DNA from: an uncultured Candidatus Peribacteria bacterium
GTDB taxonomy: Bacteria; Patescibacteriota; Gracilibacteria; Peribacterales; Peribacteraceae
NCBI GenBank assembly: GCA_964434585.1
Contig: CAYSVN010000002.1
Coordinates: forward strand, 1 to 41,895
DNA: 41,895 bases
Reading direction: 5' to 3'
Of this stretch, positions 1 through 9,525 are shown in pieces. The notes beneath the pieces were generated by a model that was given only the letters and a program-made list of their open reading frames with translations, was not told the DNA's origin and ran no database searches. The translations under genes were made by a program, and so were the position numbers. Positions within the stretch are counted from its first letter, which is position 1. The number at the start of each line of letters is the position of its first letter.

Positions 1-1613
1 CGGTTATTGGAGATGTAAAACATGATATTCCTGCACCAACGATGTGCCCAGAATGTCGATTGCAGCGTCGATTTACACACCGTAATGATCGTAAACTTTA
101 TAAGCGCAAAGAAGACTTTACTGGTGAGCAAATTATTACTATGTTTTCGCCCGAAAGTCCGGTTCCGGTAATGCATAAAGACGAATGGTTTTCTGATAGA
201 TGGGATGCCACAGAATACTGCATGGAATATGATTTTAATCGCCCATTTTTTGACCAATTTTTTGAATTACAAGCAAAAGTACCTAGGGCACATTTAGCAA
301 CGGTTAATACAGAAAACGCTGATTATACTAATTATAATTCCAGTAATAAAGATTGTTATTTATGTTTTGCGGGCAATTATACCGAGGATAGTTTTTATTG
401 TTACCATGCAGAAAAATGTATAAATTGTTGTGATTGCAATCATGTTCATGAGTGTGAACTTTGTTACGAAAATATTCAGAGTGAACATTGTTATAATACG
501 CAGTATTGTTTGCATTGCTCTGGCTGTGCAGATAGTTACTTCTTAGAAGACTGTCGTGAATGTAAGCATTGCTTTATGTGTTTTAACCTTACACAAAAAC
601 AGTATTGTATTTTTAATGAACAATACACACGTGAGCAATACTTTGAACAACTTAAAAGCTATAAACTTCATACACATTCGGGAAAAATAAAGGCTATTGC
701 TATGTGGCATCAAAAACGTTTACAGTTTCCGAAGTCTCAACATCATAATCGTTTGGCTGAAGATAGCTCTGGTGAATATTTAAACGAATGTAAGAATTGT
801 GTTAATTGTTATACTATGTCGAGTGGATGCCAAGATTGTAAAAATGTCTTTAGTGGATTTCCAGAACTAACAGATGCTCAAGATTGTACGTACTGTGGCG
901 AGAAAACTAGCTTAATGTATGAAAATTTGGCTAGTGGTGAGAATTGCCGGTCACTCTTGTTTTGTAACATTGTCTGCACAAATTCTAGTAATATGATTTA
1001 CTCTGATTTATGTTTTGGCTCTCATAATTGTTTTGGCTCTACATGTCTTAATAAAAAACAGTATTGTATTTTAAATAAACAATATACCAAACAGGAATAC
1101 GAAAAATTGGTGCCACGTATTATTGAGCACATGAAAACTACTGGCGAATGGGGTGAATTTTTTCCAGTACATAAATCTATTTTTGCTTATAATGAAACGC
1201 AAGCATTTGAACACTTTCCATTAACACAGAAAGAAGTATTAAAACGTGGCTGGCGATGGTTGGATTATGAAGAAGAAACACCTAATGTTTCTAAATTTAT
1301 ACCGGCTTTAGACTTACCAGACAGTATTGATGATATTCCTGATGATATTTTAAATTGGGCTATTACCTGCGAGCGTACTGAAGTGCCTTTTAAAATTACT
1401 CCTCATGAGTTGCGTTTTTATCGCCAGCATCGTATTTCTATACCTAGACTTTGTCCGGAGGAGCGTCATAAAGATCGTTTTGTACAACGTAATAAACATA
1501 CAGCCTATAATCGTCAATGTGCTAAGTGTTCTGCAGACATACAAACAACCTATGCACCCGAAAGACCAGAGACTGTTTACTGCGAAGCCTGTTACCTTTC
1601 CGAAGTTTACTAA
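1..1613 (+). CDS. Cys-rich zinc-ribbon repeat protein, paralog 1 (5' end cut by window edge; reading frame starts at nt 3)
   Basis: The frame is open from nt 3 (VIGDVKHDIPAPTMCPECR...), upstream of the track's Met at 42. It is colinear with the four other paralogs, with the same RPFF box, CxxC-rich core, KQYCILNKQYT..LVPRIIEHM..TGEWGEFFP box and C-terminal YCEACYLSEVY. Stop is TAA at 1611-1613. Confidence 0.9.
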   Translation, partial: VIGDVKHDIPAPTMCPECRLQRRFTHRNDRKLYKRKEDFTGEQIITMFSPESPVPVMHKDEWFSDRWDATEYCMEYDFNRPFFDQFFELQAKVPRAHLATVNTENADYTNYNSSNKDCYLCFAGNYTEDSFYCYHAEKCINCCDCNHVHECELCYENIQSEHCYNTQYCLHCSGCADSYFLEDCRECKHCFMCFNLTQKQYCIFNEQYTREQYFEQLKSYKLHTHSGKIKAIAMWHQKRLQFPKSQHHNRLAEDSSGEYLNECKNCVNCYTMSSGCQDCKNVFSGFPELTDAQDCTYCGEKTSLMYENLASGENCRSLLFCNIVCTNSSNMIYSDLCFGSHNCFGSTCLNKKQYCILNKQYTKQEYEKLVPRIIEHMKTTGEWGEFFPVHKSIFAYNETQAFEHFPLTQKEVLKRGWRWLDYEEETPNVSKFIPALDLPDSIDDIPDDILNWAITCERTEVPFKITPHELRFYRQHRISIPRLCPEERHKDRFVQRNKHTAYNRQCAKCSADIQTTYAPERPETVYCEACYLSEVY

Positions 1614-3295
1614 TGAATAAGCAATGCACCCAATGTTCGGCTAGCTTTAATATTACAGATGAAGATCTGCAGTTTTACGATAAAGTAAGCCCGGTTATTG
1701 GAGATGTAAAACATGATATTCCTGCACCAACGATGTGCCCAGAATGCCGCAGGCAACGACGTTGGGTTTTTAGAAATGAGCGTAATTTGTTTACTTCTAA
1801 ATGTGCTAAAACAAATGAGCCTATTATTACTAACATTCATCCAGAGGCTGGTTTTACAACCTATAACCAGTCGTATACCTGGAGCGATGATTGGGACGCT
1901 AAAGATTTTGGTAAAGACTATGATGACTCTCGATCATTCTTTGAACAAATGGGTGACCTGGTACAAAAAGTTCCTCAATTACCATTGATGAATATGCACC
2001 ACATTAATGAAAACAGTGGTTATTGTAATAATACCAATGGAGTTAAAAATTGTTATATGACATTTGATAGCTCTACTTCGCAAGATGTGTATTACAGTAA
2101 TATTATTATCCATAGTAATGATTGTTTAGATTGTAGCCACGCTGTTGAAAGTAAGTTTTGTTATGGCTGTGTTGATGTTGTAAGGTGTACAAATTCTCGC
2201 TTTTTACTACGGAGTGAAAATTGCCATGACAGCATGTATCTTTTTGATTGTCGTAATTGTCATTATTGTTTTAACTGCAGCAACTTAAGAGGTAAGGACT
2301 ACTACATTAATAACGAATATGTTGGTAAGGAGCGCTACGAGCTTTTTATGAGGTCTTATAAGTCTACGTCGTTTACTCAGCAACAAAATGATTACAGAGT
2401 ATTTATGGATCTTATTCAGCAATCAATTTACTCGCCTGCCAACCTTATTCAGTCGGAAGGAAGTGTAGGTGACAATTTAACAAAATGTAAAAATGTGTAT
2501 GAAAGTTATGACTGCGAAGAGGCAGAAGATTGTAAGCATCTTGTTTCTGTTCACAACCTTAAAACTGCGTATGATACTCAGCATACGTACAAGGGAGAAC
2601 TTCAGTTAGAAATAATGGGCATGGTGAATTCTTATCGTACTGCTTTCTCTTGTTGGATATTAGATTCTAGTAATATTTTATATAGCTTTTTTCTTAATAA
2701 CTGCACTGATTGTTTTGGATGCACTATGCTTAAACGCGATAAATTCTGTATTTTTAATAAACAATATACCGAGGACCAATATAACGATTTAGTACCACGT
2801 ATTATTGAGCGAATGAAAACTGATGGAGAGTGGGGGCAGTTTTTCCCTGTCTCTATGAGTCCATTTGCTTATAATGAATCGTTAGCGCAAGAAAATTTTC
2901 CGTTAACACAAAAACAAGCAGAGAAGCGTGGTTGGTTGTGGCGAGAAAAACAACATAACGTTGGCCAGGTTGATAAAATTATTCCAGCCATTGAGCTGCC
3001 AGATGATACTAATGATATTCCAGATGATATTTTAAACTGGGCACTTACCTGTAGTGCTACGGGTAACCCTTATCGTATTATTCCACATGAGCTACGGTTT
3101 TACAGGCAGCATAATTTGCCAATTCCAAGATTTCATTTTGATGAACGCCATCAACAGCGAATGACTCTGCGTAATTTGCGAATGTTGGCATCTAAACAAT
3201 GTTCTAAGTGTGTTAAAAATATTCAGGCAGCTTTGCCTAAAGGGTATCAGGGTAAGGTTTATTGCGATGAGTGTTATCTTAAAGAAGTCTATTAA
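1613..3295 (+). CDS. Cys-rich zinc-ribbon repeat protein, paralog 2
   Basis: The track ORF starts at 1526 inside paralog 1. The ATG at 1613 (TAATG stop/start overlap) gives MNKQCTQCSASFNITDEDLQFYDK..., which matches the N-termini of the other paralogs. About 560 aa. Confidence 0.9.
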   Translation: MNKQCTQCSASFNITDEDLQFYDKVSPVIGDVKHDIPAPTMCPECRRQRRWVFRNERNLFTSKCAKTNEPIITNIHPEAGFTTYNQSYTWSDDWDAKDFGKDYDDSRSFFEQMGDLVQKVPQLPLMNMHHINENSGYCNNTNGVKNCYMTFDSSTSQDVYYSNIIIHSNDCLDCSHAVESKFCYGCVDVVRCTNSRFLLRSENCHDSMYLFDCRNCHYCFNCSNLRGKDYYINNEYVGKERYELFMRSYKSTSFTQQQNDYRVFMDLIQQSIYSPANLIQSEGSVGDNLTKCKNVYESYDCEEAEDCKHLVSVHNLKTAYDTQHTYKGELQLEIMGMVNSYRTAFSCWILDSSNILYSFFLNNCTDCFGCTMLKRDKFCIFNKQYTEDQYNDLVPRIIERMKTDGEWGQFFPVSMSPFAYNESLAQENFPLTQKQAEKRGWLWREKQHNVGQVDKIIPAIELPDDTNDIPDDILNWALTCSATGNPYRIIPHELRFYRQHNLPIPRFHFDERHQQRMTLRNLRMLASKQCSKCVKNIQAALPKGYQGKVYCDECYLKEVY

Positions 3296-3309
3296 GGTAT
3301 ACTACAGGC

Positions 3310-4980
3310 ATGCAATCATCATGTGTTCAATGTAGTGCAAATTTTACGGTAACTGACGAAGATCTTGGTTTCTATGCTCGTAAAGGAGTGCCAGCACCAA
3401 CCCATTGCCCCGATTGTCGTTACCAACGTCGTATTGCTTGGCGTAACGAGCGTCATCTTTATGCTGCAACGTGTGCTGCAACGGGTAAGCCAATGGTATC
3501 AATTTATAGTGATGATAAGCCTTATACGGTTTATGAGCGTAGCCAGTGGTTAGAAGTTGATAATACCGATAAAGGTCGAGACTTTGATGTTAATCGACCA
3601 TTTTTTGAACAATGGAATGAATTATTTTTGCAGAGCATTAAGGCGAATGTTATTCAGAATGGTTTAATGCTTAATAGTGAATACACCCACTTTACCGGTG
3701 AGATGAAAAATGCCTATTACATGTTTAATTCTGGAAAATGTGAGGATGTATATTATGGCATTCTTAATGTTTATAGTAAAAGTTGTGTTGATGTGTATTG
3801 GGGTTTTTATAGTGAGCTTTGTTATGAATCGGTACATTGTGCCCACTCCTATAACCTTCATTACTCATCGCACAGTAGTAACTGTAGTGATAGTGCATTT
3901 TTAAGAGATTGTATGAGCTGTCGACATTGTATTGGTTGTACAAATTTACGCAATAAAGAGTATCACGTTTTTAATAAACCCGTTTCTAAAGAGGAATACG
4001 AAAAACTTTGGTCAGAAATTTTTTCTGGTAAACACTCTTCTGTTCAATCGTTTAGACAGCAATGGAGTGAATTTGAGGCAGCTCAACCTTATTGGCTGCG
4101 GAATATAAATGTAGTTGACTGTACTGGTAGCCAGTTAATTGATTGTGAAAATGTAAAAGAGAGCCACGTTTGTACGGGGTGTAAGGACATAAAATTTTGC
4201 CAAGATATGGAAGTTGATACCGAAGATTGTTATGACGTTAGTACCTTTGGTGAGGGAATGACAGGCTGCTACGAACTGACGACAAGCGGTGGAGTAAAAG
4301 GCTCGTCAGAAATTGTTGGTTGTATGTTTTCGGCTTATATTTTTTATGGAGGATATAATATTTACTACAGTGTAAATTGCCATGATAACTGTAAAGACTT
4401 ATTTGGTTGCTGCGATTTACGCGGTAAGCAATATTGTATTTTTAATAAGCAATACACCAAAGAGCAGTACGAAGCTTTAGTACCTAAACTGATAGAGCAC
4501 ATGCAATCTACTGGAGAATGGGGAGAGTTTTTTCCGATTGTAATGAGTCCGTTTGGTTATAATGAGTCACTTGCTATGGAGCAGTTTCCTTTGAATAAGG
4601 AAGAAGTCTTAACCAGTGGCTGGAAATGGCAGGGGCAAGAGGCAGGCTCAAAAAATAAGGAAACTGTTGATTGGAATGATGTGCCAGATAGCGTTAATGA
4701 TATTAATGAAAATATTACACGAGAAGTTCTTTGTTGTACATGTTGCCAACGCAGTTACCGTATCGTGCCCCAGGAGTTAAGTTTTTATCAATCAGTTGGA
4801 GTACCGTTACCTCAACAGTGTTTTAACTGCCGGCATACCCAACGCCTTAAACACGTTGAATTACGTCGTTTATTTACACATGATTGCAGTAAATGCCAAA
4901 AAACAATGCAGTCAACATATGCACCAGGTACATCTAAAACTGTATACTGTGAAGAGTGTTATTTATCTGAAATTTATTAA
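3310..4980 (+). CDS. Cys-rich zinc-ribbon repeat protein, paralog 3
   Basis: 556 aa with the same architecture: N-terminal CxxC..FTVTDEDLGFY..CPDCRYQRR, CxxC-rich core, KQYCIFNKQYTKEQYEALVPKLIEHMQSTGEWGEFFP, C-terminal YCEECYLSEIY. It starts 14 nt after paralog 2. Confidence 0.92.
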   Translation: MQSSCVQCSANFTVTDEDLGFYARKGVPAPTHCPDCRYQRRIAWRNERHLYAATCAATGKPMVSIYSDDKPYTVYERSQWLEVDNTDKGRDFDVNRPFFEQWNELFLQSIKANVIQNGLMLNSEYTHFTGEMKNAYYMFNSGKCEDVYYGILNVYSKSCVDVYWGFYSELCYESVHCAHSYNLHYSSHSSNCSDSAFLRDCMSCRHCIGCTNLRNKEYHVFNKPVSKEEYEKLWSEIFSGKHSSVQSFRQQWSEFEAAQPYWLRNINVVDCTGSQLIDCENVKESHVCTGCKDIKFCQDMEVDTEDCYDVSTFGEGMTGCYELTTSGGVKGSSEIVGCMFSAYIFYGGYNIYYSVNCHDNCKDLFGCCDLRGKQYCIFNKQYTKEQYEALVPKLIEHMQSTGEWGEFFPIVMSPFGYNESLAMEQFPLNKEEVLTSGWKWQGQEAGSKNKETVDWNDVPDSVNDINENITREVLCCTCCQRSYRIVPQELSFYQSVGVPLPQQCFNCRHTQRLKHVELRRLFTHDCSKCQKTMQSTYAPGTSKTVYCEECYLSEIY

Positions 4981-4988
4981 TATTATTT

Positions 4989-6665
4989 ATGAACCAAACC
5001 TGTACTAATTGCGGCAGTGACTTCCAAATAACGGATGAAGATCTGGCGTTTTACGATAGCGTTTCACCAGTTATTAACGGGCAGAAATTTTTAGTACCAT
5101 CACCGTTGCAATGCCCTGACTGCCGATACCAAAACCGATTAACATGGCGTAACGAACGCTGGATGTATAAGCGCAATTGTGACGCTACTGGCAAGAGTGT
5201 GGTGTCTATTTTTTCGGCTGATAAAACGTGGCCGCCAGTTTATAAGCAAGATTTTTGGTGGAGCGATAAATGGAATGCACGTGATTATGGAAGAGATTTT
5301 GACTTTAACCGACCGTTTTTTGAACAATGGTTAGAGCTTTTTAAAGTGGTGCCACAGGCAGCGCTTAATAATCAACAGAGTGAAAATTGTGAGTACACTA
5401 ATCAATCACAACGTAATAAAGATTCCTATATGATATTTTGTAGCAACATGAGTGAGAACTGTATGCATAGCATGTGGTTACAAAAAAGTAGAGACACCAT
5501 GGATTGTTTATATACAGCAGAAGGAGAGCTAGCGTACGATATTTTAAATGGTGATGTTTGTTACCGGTGCAGCTCTTCATCGAACCTTAAAAACTGTAGT
5601 GACGTTCACTTTTCACGAGATTTAATTGGCTGTAGTAATTGTTTTGGCTGTATGAATTTACGCAATAAGCAGTATCATATTTTCAATGAACCACATAGCA
5701 AAGAAGATTATGAGCAAAAAATTGCTGAATTAAATTTACATTCTAGATCTGGACGATTAATGGCTAAAAAATATGCTGATGAATTTACAGCCGAGGTGAT
5801 TCATAAATATTATACTGGTAGTAACATAGAAGCATCTTCCGGAGATTATATTATGGATGTTACTAGTACGCGTGATTGTTTTAATTGCCGTGATACCGAG
5901 GCTACTGCTTACTGCCAAGACTTTTGGCGGGGACATCATTGCCAAGATCTTACCGAAGTTGCTGATGCTGAGTTTTGCTACCAAGTAGAAGGTTCTGCGC
6001 CCGGGAACCAAGTATTGTTCTCTAAAAAATTCTGCAATTTAACAAATAGCATGTATAGCTCGCATTGTAATAGTTCTAGTAACTTGTTTGGTTGTATTAG
6101 CTTAAATAATGGTGAGTATTGTATTTTAAATAAGCAGTATACGCGTGAGGAGTATGAAGCGTTGGTGCCACGTATTATTGAACATATGCAGTCTACAGGG
6201 GAGTGGGGACAGTACTTTCCAGCTACTGGTACGCCGTTTTGCTACAACGAAACCGTAGCTCAGGAATACTTTCCGTTAAGCAAGCAGCAAGCACTAGATG
6301 CTGGTTACTGCTGGCAAACGCACATGCCTAATACTACCGGTAAGCAAACAATAGAGTGGTCTGATGTGCCAGATAGTATAGCTGATATTACTGATGATAT
6401 TACGAAAGAAATTTTAAGCTGTACTTGCTGCAGTAAAAATTATCGTATTATTCCCCAAGAATTAATATTGTATAAGCAAATGCATATTCCGGTGCCAGAT
6501 GTTTGCGCAGATTGGCGACATGTATCACGGATGAATCGTCGTAATCCACGTAAGCTTTTTACTTTCCAGTGTGCTAAATGTTCTAAGGATATTGAAACAA
6601 CGTATCCACAACATAGCCAAGAAATTGTTTATTGTGAAGAATGTTACCTGTCTGCCGTCTATTAA
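4989..6665 (+). CDS. Cys-rich zinc-ribbon repeat protein, paralog 4
   Basis: 558 aa with the same architecture. It starts 8 nt after paralog 3. Confidence 0.92.
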   Translation: MNQTCTNCGSDFQITDEDLAFYDSVSPVINGQKFLVPSPLQCPDCRYQNRLTWRNERWMYKRNCDATGKSVVSIFSADKTWPPVYKQDFWWSDKWNARDYGRDFDFNRPFFEQWLELFKVVPQAALNNQQSENCEYTNQSQRNKDSYMIFCSNMSENCMHSMWLQKSRDTMDCLYTAEGELAYDILNGDVCYRCSSSSNLKNCSDVHFSRDLIGCSNCFGCMNLRNKQYHIFNEPHSKEDYEQKIAELNLHSRSGRLMAKKYADEFTAEVIHKYYTGSNIEASSGDYIMDVTSTRDCFNCRDTEATAYCQDFWRGHHCQDLTEVADAEFCYQVEGSAPGNQVLFSKKFCNLTNSMYSSHCNSSSNLFGCISLNNGEYCILNKQYTREEYEALVPRIIEHMQSTGEWGQYFPATGTPFCYNETVAQEYFPLSKQQALDAGYCWQTHMPNTTGKQTIEWSDVPDSIADITDDITKEILSCTCCSKNYRIIPQELILYKQMHIPVPDVCADWRHVSRMNRRNPRKLFTFQCAKCSKDIETTYPQHSQEIVYCEECYLSAVY

Positions 6666-6749
6666 ATCACCTTATTTATACCCTCTATTTTACTTATTAT
6701 TTTTTGTGGACGACAGGCAGGTTTATCGGAAGTTTATTAGTGTACTTTC

Positions 6750-6779
6750 TTGCCTTAAATGAGCTAATTATGGTATAAT
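6750..6779 (+). promoter_or_regulatory. Candidate sigma70-type promoter with extended -10 upstream of the VirD4/TraG-like gene
   Basis: TTGCCT (6750-6755), an 18-nt spacer ending in TGg, then TATAAT (6774-6779), 22 nt before the ATG at 6802. Confidence 0.45.
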
Positions 6780-6801
6780 AATACTGTATACTTAGCATCT
6801 T

Positions 6802-9033
6802 ATGGCTTTAACATTCATTAATGTCACCATTCCACCGGGTAGCGGAGATCAAAGCAAATTTGAGTCTCGTTTTAATGAACTTGTGCTTTCGCTTTATAAC
6901 ACCGTTAGTAACCAACGTTTTAGTTTTGAATACATTGGTTTTAACCAACATACGTATTTTGCAATTGTTTGTGATACTCGTTACCAGGGAACTATTGAAG
7001 GTCTTATTTATTCGATGTTCCCAGATGCGGAAATTAAAATTGGTACCGATTATACGCTTAGTTTTGATCCACAAAAACAAGCATTTGCTGGAGCGGAATT
7101 AGTGCTTCGCGATAGTGATGTGTACCCGATTCAAACGTATGATCAATTTGAAAGTGACAGTATGTCGCGGTATTTTTCGAGCGTGAGTAAGATGGAACTA
7201 GGAGAGCAGGTGTGGACACAGGTTATTGTAGAGCCAAAATCTGAAACAGGCGTTTTTTACTTTAAGCGCCGATTTCGTGCTTGGATGGCCCGATTTAAAA
7301 CATGGTTCTCGGTAACAGATCGTCTACGTAAAGATGGACTACGTGGTATTAACAAAACTCGTCGTGAGTTTTCTGGTTACAAAGAAAAAGATAAGCCATT
7401 TACTACAACCATTCGTTGTGTGTACGTTGCAGATAGGCCTGATATTGCTAAAGCAAAACTTAATGCGGTGCTCGATAGCTTTACGCAATTTAACGACGAC
7501 GATATTAATGGATTTAAACCAAAAAAATCTACGAATAGTCCAGCATTCTTAAATAAATATAGAGCCCGCGTACATGGTGATAGCTACTTTTTAAGTTCGC
7601 GTGAAATTTCTACTATTTATCATTTTCCCAATGCTGATGCGGTAAGCCACGTTGTGCATGTGCTTGCGCGAAAGTCAGATCCACCAAAAGATTTACCAAA
7701 AGCTAGCGATAGTGATGTTAGCCCATTTGGAACCACAAACTATCACAATAACTTTGTACCATTTGGTATTAAGCGTAAAGATCGCCGCCGCCATTTGTAT
7801 GCCATTGGTAAGTCGGGTTCTGGTAAATCTAAAATGCTAGAACTACTTATTTATAGTGATGTAATGTCTGGCCAAGGAGTATGTGTATTAGATCCGCACG
7901 GTGACCTTTGTGATGCAGTGCTTAAAATGGTTCCTGAAGAACGCATACAAGATGTGATTATTTTTGATCCGTCTGATACAGAATTCCCGATTGCATTTAA
8001 CCCGTTGATGACCGTGGATCCGAAATATAAAATGCAACTTACCATTGGTATTATCGAGATCTTTAAAAAACTGTTTGGAGATAACTGGAGTGACCGCCTA
8101 GAACACGTACTGCGTTATACACTATTAGCGCTGCTTGATAGTCCAAATACAACGGTGCTTAGTATTTTAAAAATGCTTACCGATAAAAACTATCGCCAAC
8201 AAATTGTTTCGCGTATTCAAGATAATGTAGTTAAAAATTTTTGGGTATCAGAGTTTGCTGGTTGGTCTGAAAAATTTGATGCCACGGCTATTACGCCACT
8301 GCTAAACAAAGTGGGGCAGTTTGTGGCAACAGATATGATTCGTAATATTGTAGGGCAGCCAGAAACAAAATTTGATATTCGTGACGTGATGGATAATCGT
8401 AAAATTTTACTACTGAAAGTTTCTAAAGGACTCCTTGGTGAAGAAAATGCATCGCTGATTGGTTCGATGATTATTACGAAGATTTACCAAGCAGCCATGA
8501 GTCGTGCAGATATGGCAGAAGATGATCGAGCTGATTTTTACTTTTACGTGGATGAGTTCCAAAACTTTGCAACCGAGACATTCTACGAAATTATGTCGGA
8601 GGCTCGTAAGTATCACCTTTGTTTAACGATTGCGCACCAATACATGGGTCAGTTATCTGATAAAATTCGCCAAACTGTATTTGGTAACGTTGGTTCGATG
8701 ATTAGCTTTAGGGTAGGAGCAGAAGATGCCCGTATTTTGGCTGAGGAGTACAATCCTGTTTTTAATGAGCGCGATATTATTAACTTGGGGGTTCGTGAAT
8801 TTTACACAAAGCTCTCTGTTAATGGCGAATTGCGCGAAGCTTTTTCTGGTCGCACACTTAATGCTCCAGACCCAGAGCCAACATTAGTACCTAATATTAT
8901 TACATGGTCTCGCCAAACGTACTGTATGCCTAAAGACGAAGTTGCTAAAGTTATTAACGCCTGGGATGAAGGTAACTTAGATGCCGAAGCACCATCTGCC
9001 ATTGTAGAAGAATTTGAGGCACCGATTGTATAA
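6802..9033 (+). CDS. VirD4/TraG/TraD-type (type IV coupling-protein-like) P-loop ATPase, no membrane anchor, ~300-aa unassigned N-terminal domain
   Basis: Walker A is AIGKSGSGKSK followed by VLDPHGDL. Walker B is FYFYVDEFQNF. The C-terminal HLCLTIAHQYMGQL...FGNVGSMISFRVG is typical of the TraD/TraG C-terminal region. No hydrophobic N-terminal helices. Confidence 0.8.
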   Translation: MALTFINVTIPPGSGDQSKFESRFNELVLSLYNTVSNQRFSFEYIGFNQHTYFAIVCDTRYQGTIEGLIYSMFPDAEIKIGTDYTLSFDPQKQAFAGAELVLRDSDVYPIQTYDQFESDSMSRYFSSVSKMELGEQVWTQVIVEPKSETGVFYFKRRFRAWMARFKTWFSVTDRLRKDGLRGINKTRREFSGYKEKDKPFTTTIRCVYVADRPDIAKAKLNAVLDSFTQFNDDDINGFKPKKSTNSPAFLNKYRARVHGDSYFLSSREISTIYHFPNADAVSHVVHVLARKSDPPKDLPKASDSDVSPFGTTNYHNNFVPFGIKRKDRRRHLYAIGKSGSGKSKMLELLIYSDVMSGQGVCVLDPHGDLCDAVLKMVPEERIQDVIIFDPSDTEFPIAFNPLMTVDPKYKMQLTIGIIEIFKKLFGDNWSDRLEHVLRYTLLALLDSPNTTVLSILKMLTDKNYRQQIVSRIQDNVVKNFWVSEFAGWSEKFDATAITPLLNKVGQFVATDMIRNIVGQPETKFDIRDVMDNRKILLLKVSKGLLGEENASLIGSMIITKIYQAAMSRADMAEDDRADFYFYVDEFQNFATETFYEIMSEARKYHLCLTIAHQYMGQLSDKIRQTVFGNVGSMISFRVGAEDARILAEEYNPVFNERDIINLGVREFYTKLSVNGELREAFSGRTLNAPDPEPTLVPNIITWSRQTYCMPKDEVAKVINAWDEGNLDAEAPSAIVEEFEAPIV

Positions 9034-9120
9034 GTTATATCTTAACGTTCATTTTTGCCGATGCAAAAACGAACCAAAAAAATCATGGCAAACAATATTT
9101 CGGCAAGCTCAGTACCTCAC

Positions 9121-9456
9121 GTGTTGTGCTATCTATTCACGTCAAAGTCCATAAACATGATCTTATGTTTACTGGTTGGACGCCCTTATTTCGGGTAGTT
9201 AAGTGATCGACTTCTCCGCTTGCAGAGCATGGTTCGGCTACGCTCACCACTGCACAACACTTTGTTACATACTTGCTATCCTGAGCGTAGTCGAAGGGCA
9301 AACATGGTTTGCCATATAGTTAGATATATTCTTCTCGCGCTCCCGAGAGGGCGTAGTAGTAACTTGCAAAGGAGGTAGCGGCCATCCGCCGAAGAAGGAT
9401 AGCGGACGACTTGCAATAAGTTACTTACGAACGAACGTCTAGCGCGAAACTTTTTT
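9121..9456 (+). ncRNA. Candidate structured RNA of unknown class (or long structured 3' UTR/terminator region)
   Basis: No ORF of 60 aa or more in any frame. About 50% G+C by hand count over 9181-9420, in an AT-rich genome. Several long complementary pairs: 9121-9129/9252-9260, 9150-9159/9166-9176, 9233-9246/9282-9295, 9297-9303/9307-9313, 9335-9341/9441-9447, 9359-9369/9411-9424. A T6 run follows at 9451-9456. A G.U pair in the 14-bp helix favours the plus strand. Confidence 0.3.
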
Positions 9457-9516
9457 GTTACTTTTTTGGTTACAAAAAAGTAGAGGTATTACTTTATTTA
9501 ATTTTAGCCATTTTTA

Positions 9517-9525
9517 TGCTATAAT
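9517..9525 (+). promoter_or_regulatory. Extended -10 element (TGcTATAAT) upstream of the HlyD-type gene
   Basis: TGCTATAAT at 9517-9525, 29 nt before the ATG at 9555. There is no good -35. Confidence 0.35.

Noticed and set aside
1526-1612. The track's start at 1526 for the second Cys-rich paralog (an 87-nt N-terminal extension overlapping paralog 1)
   Set aside because: The extension (MFCRHTNNLCTRK...) has no counterpart in the other paralogs. The ATG at 1613 (TAATG overlap) gives the conserved MNKQCTQCS... N-terminus.
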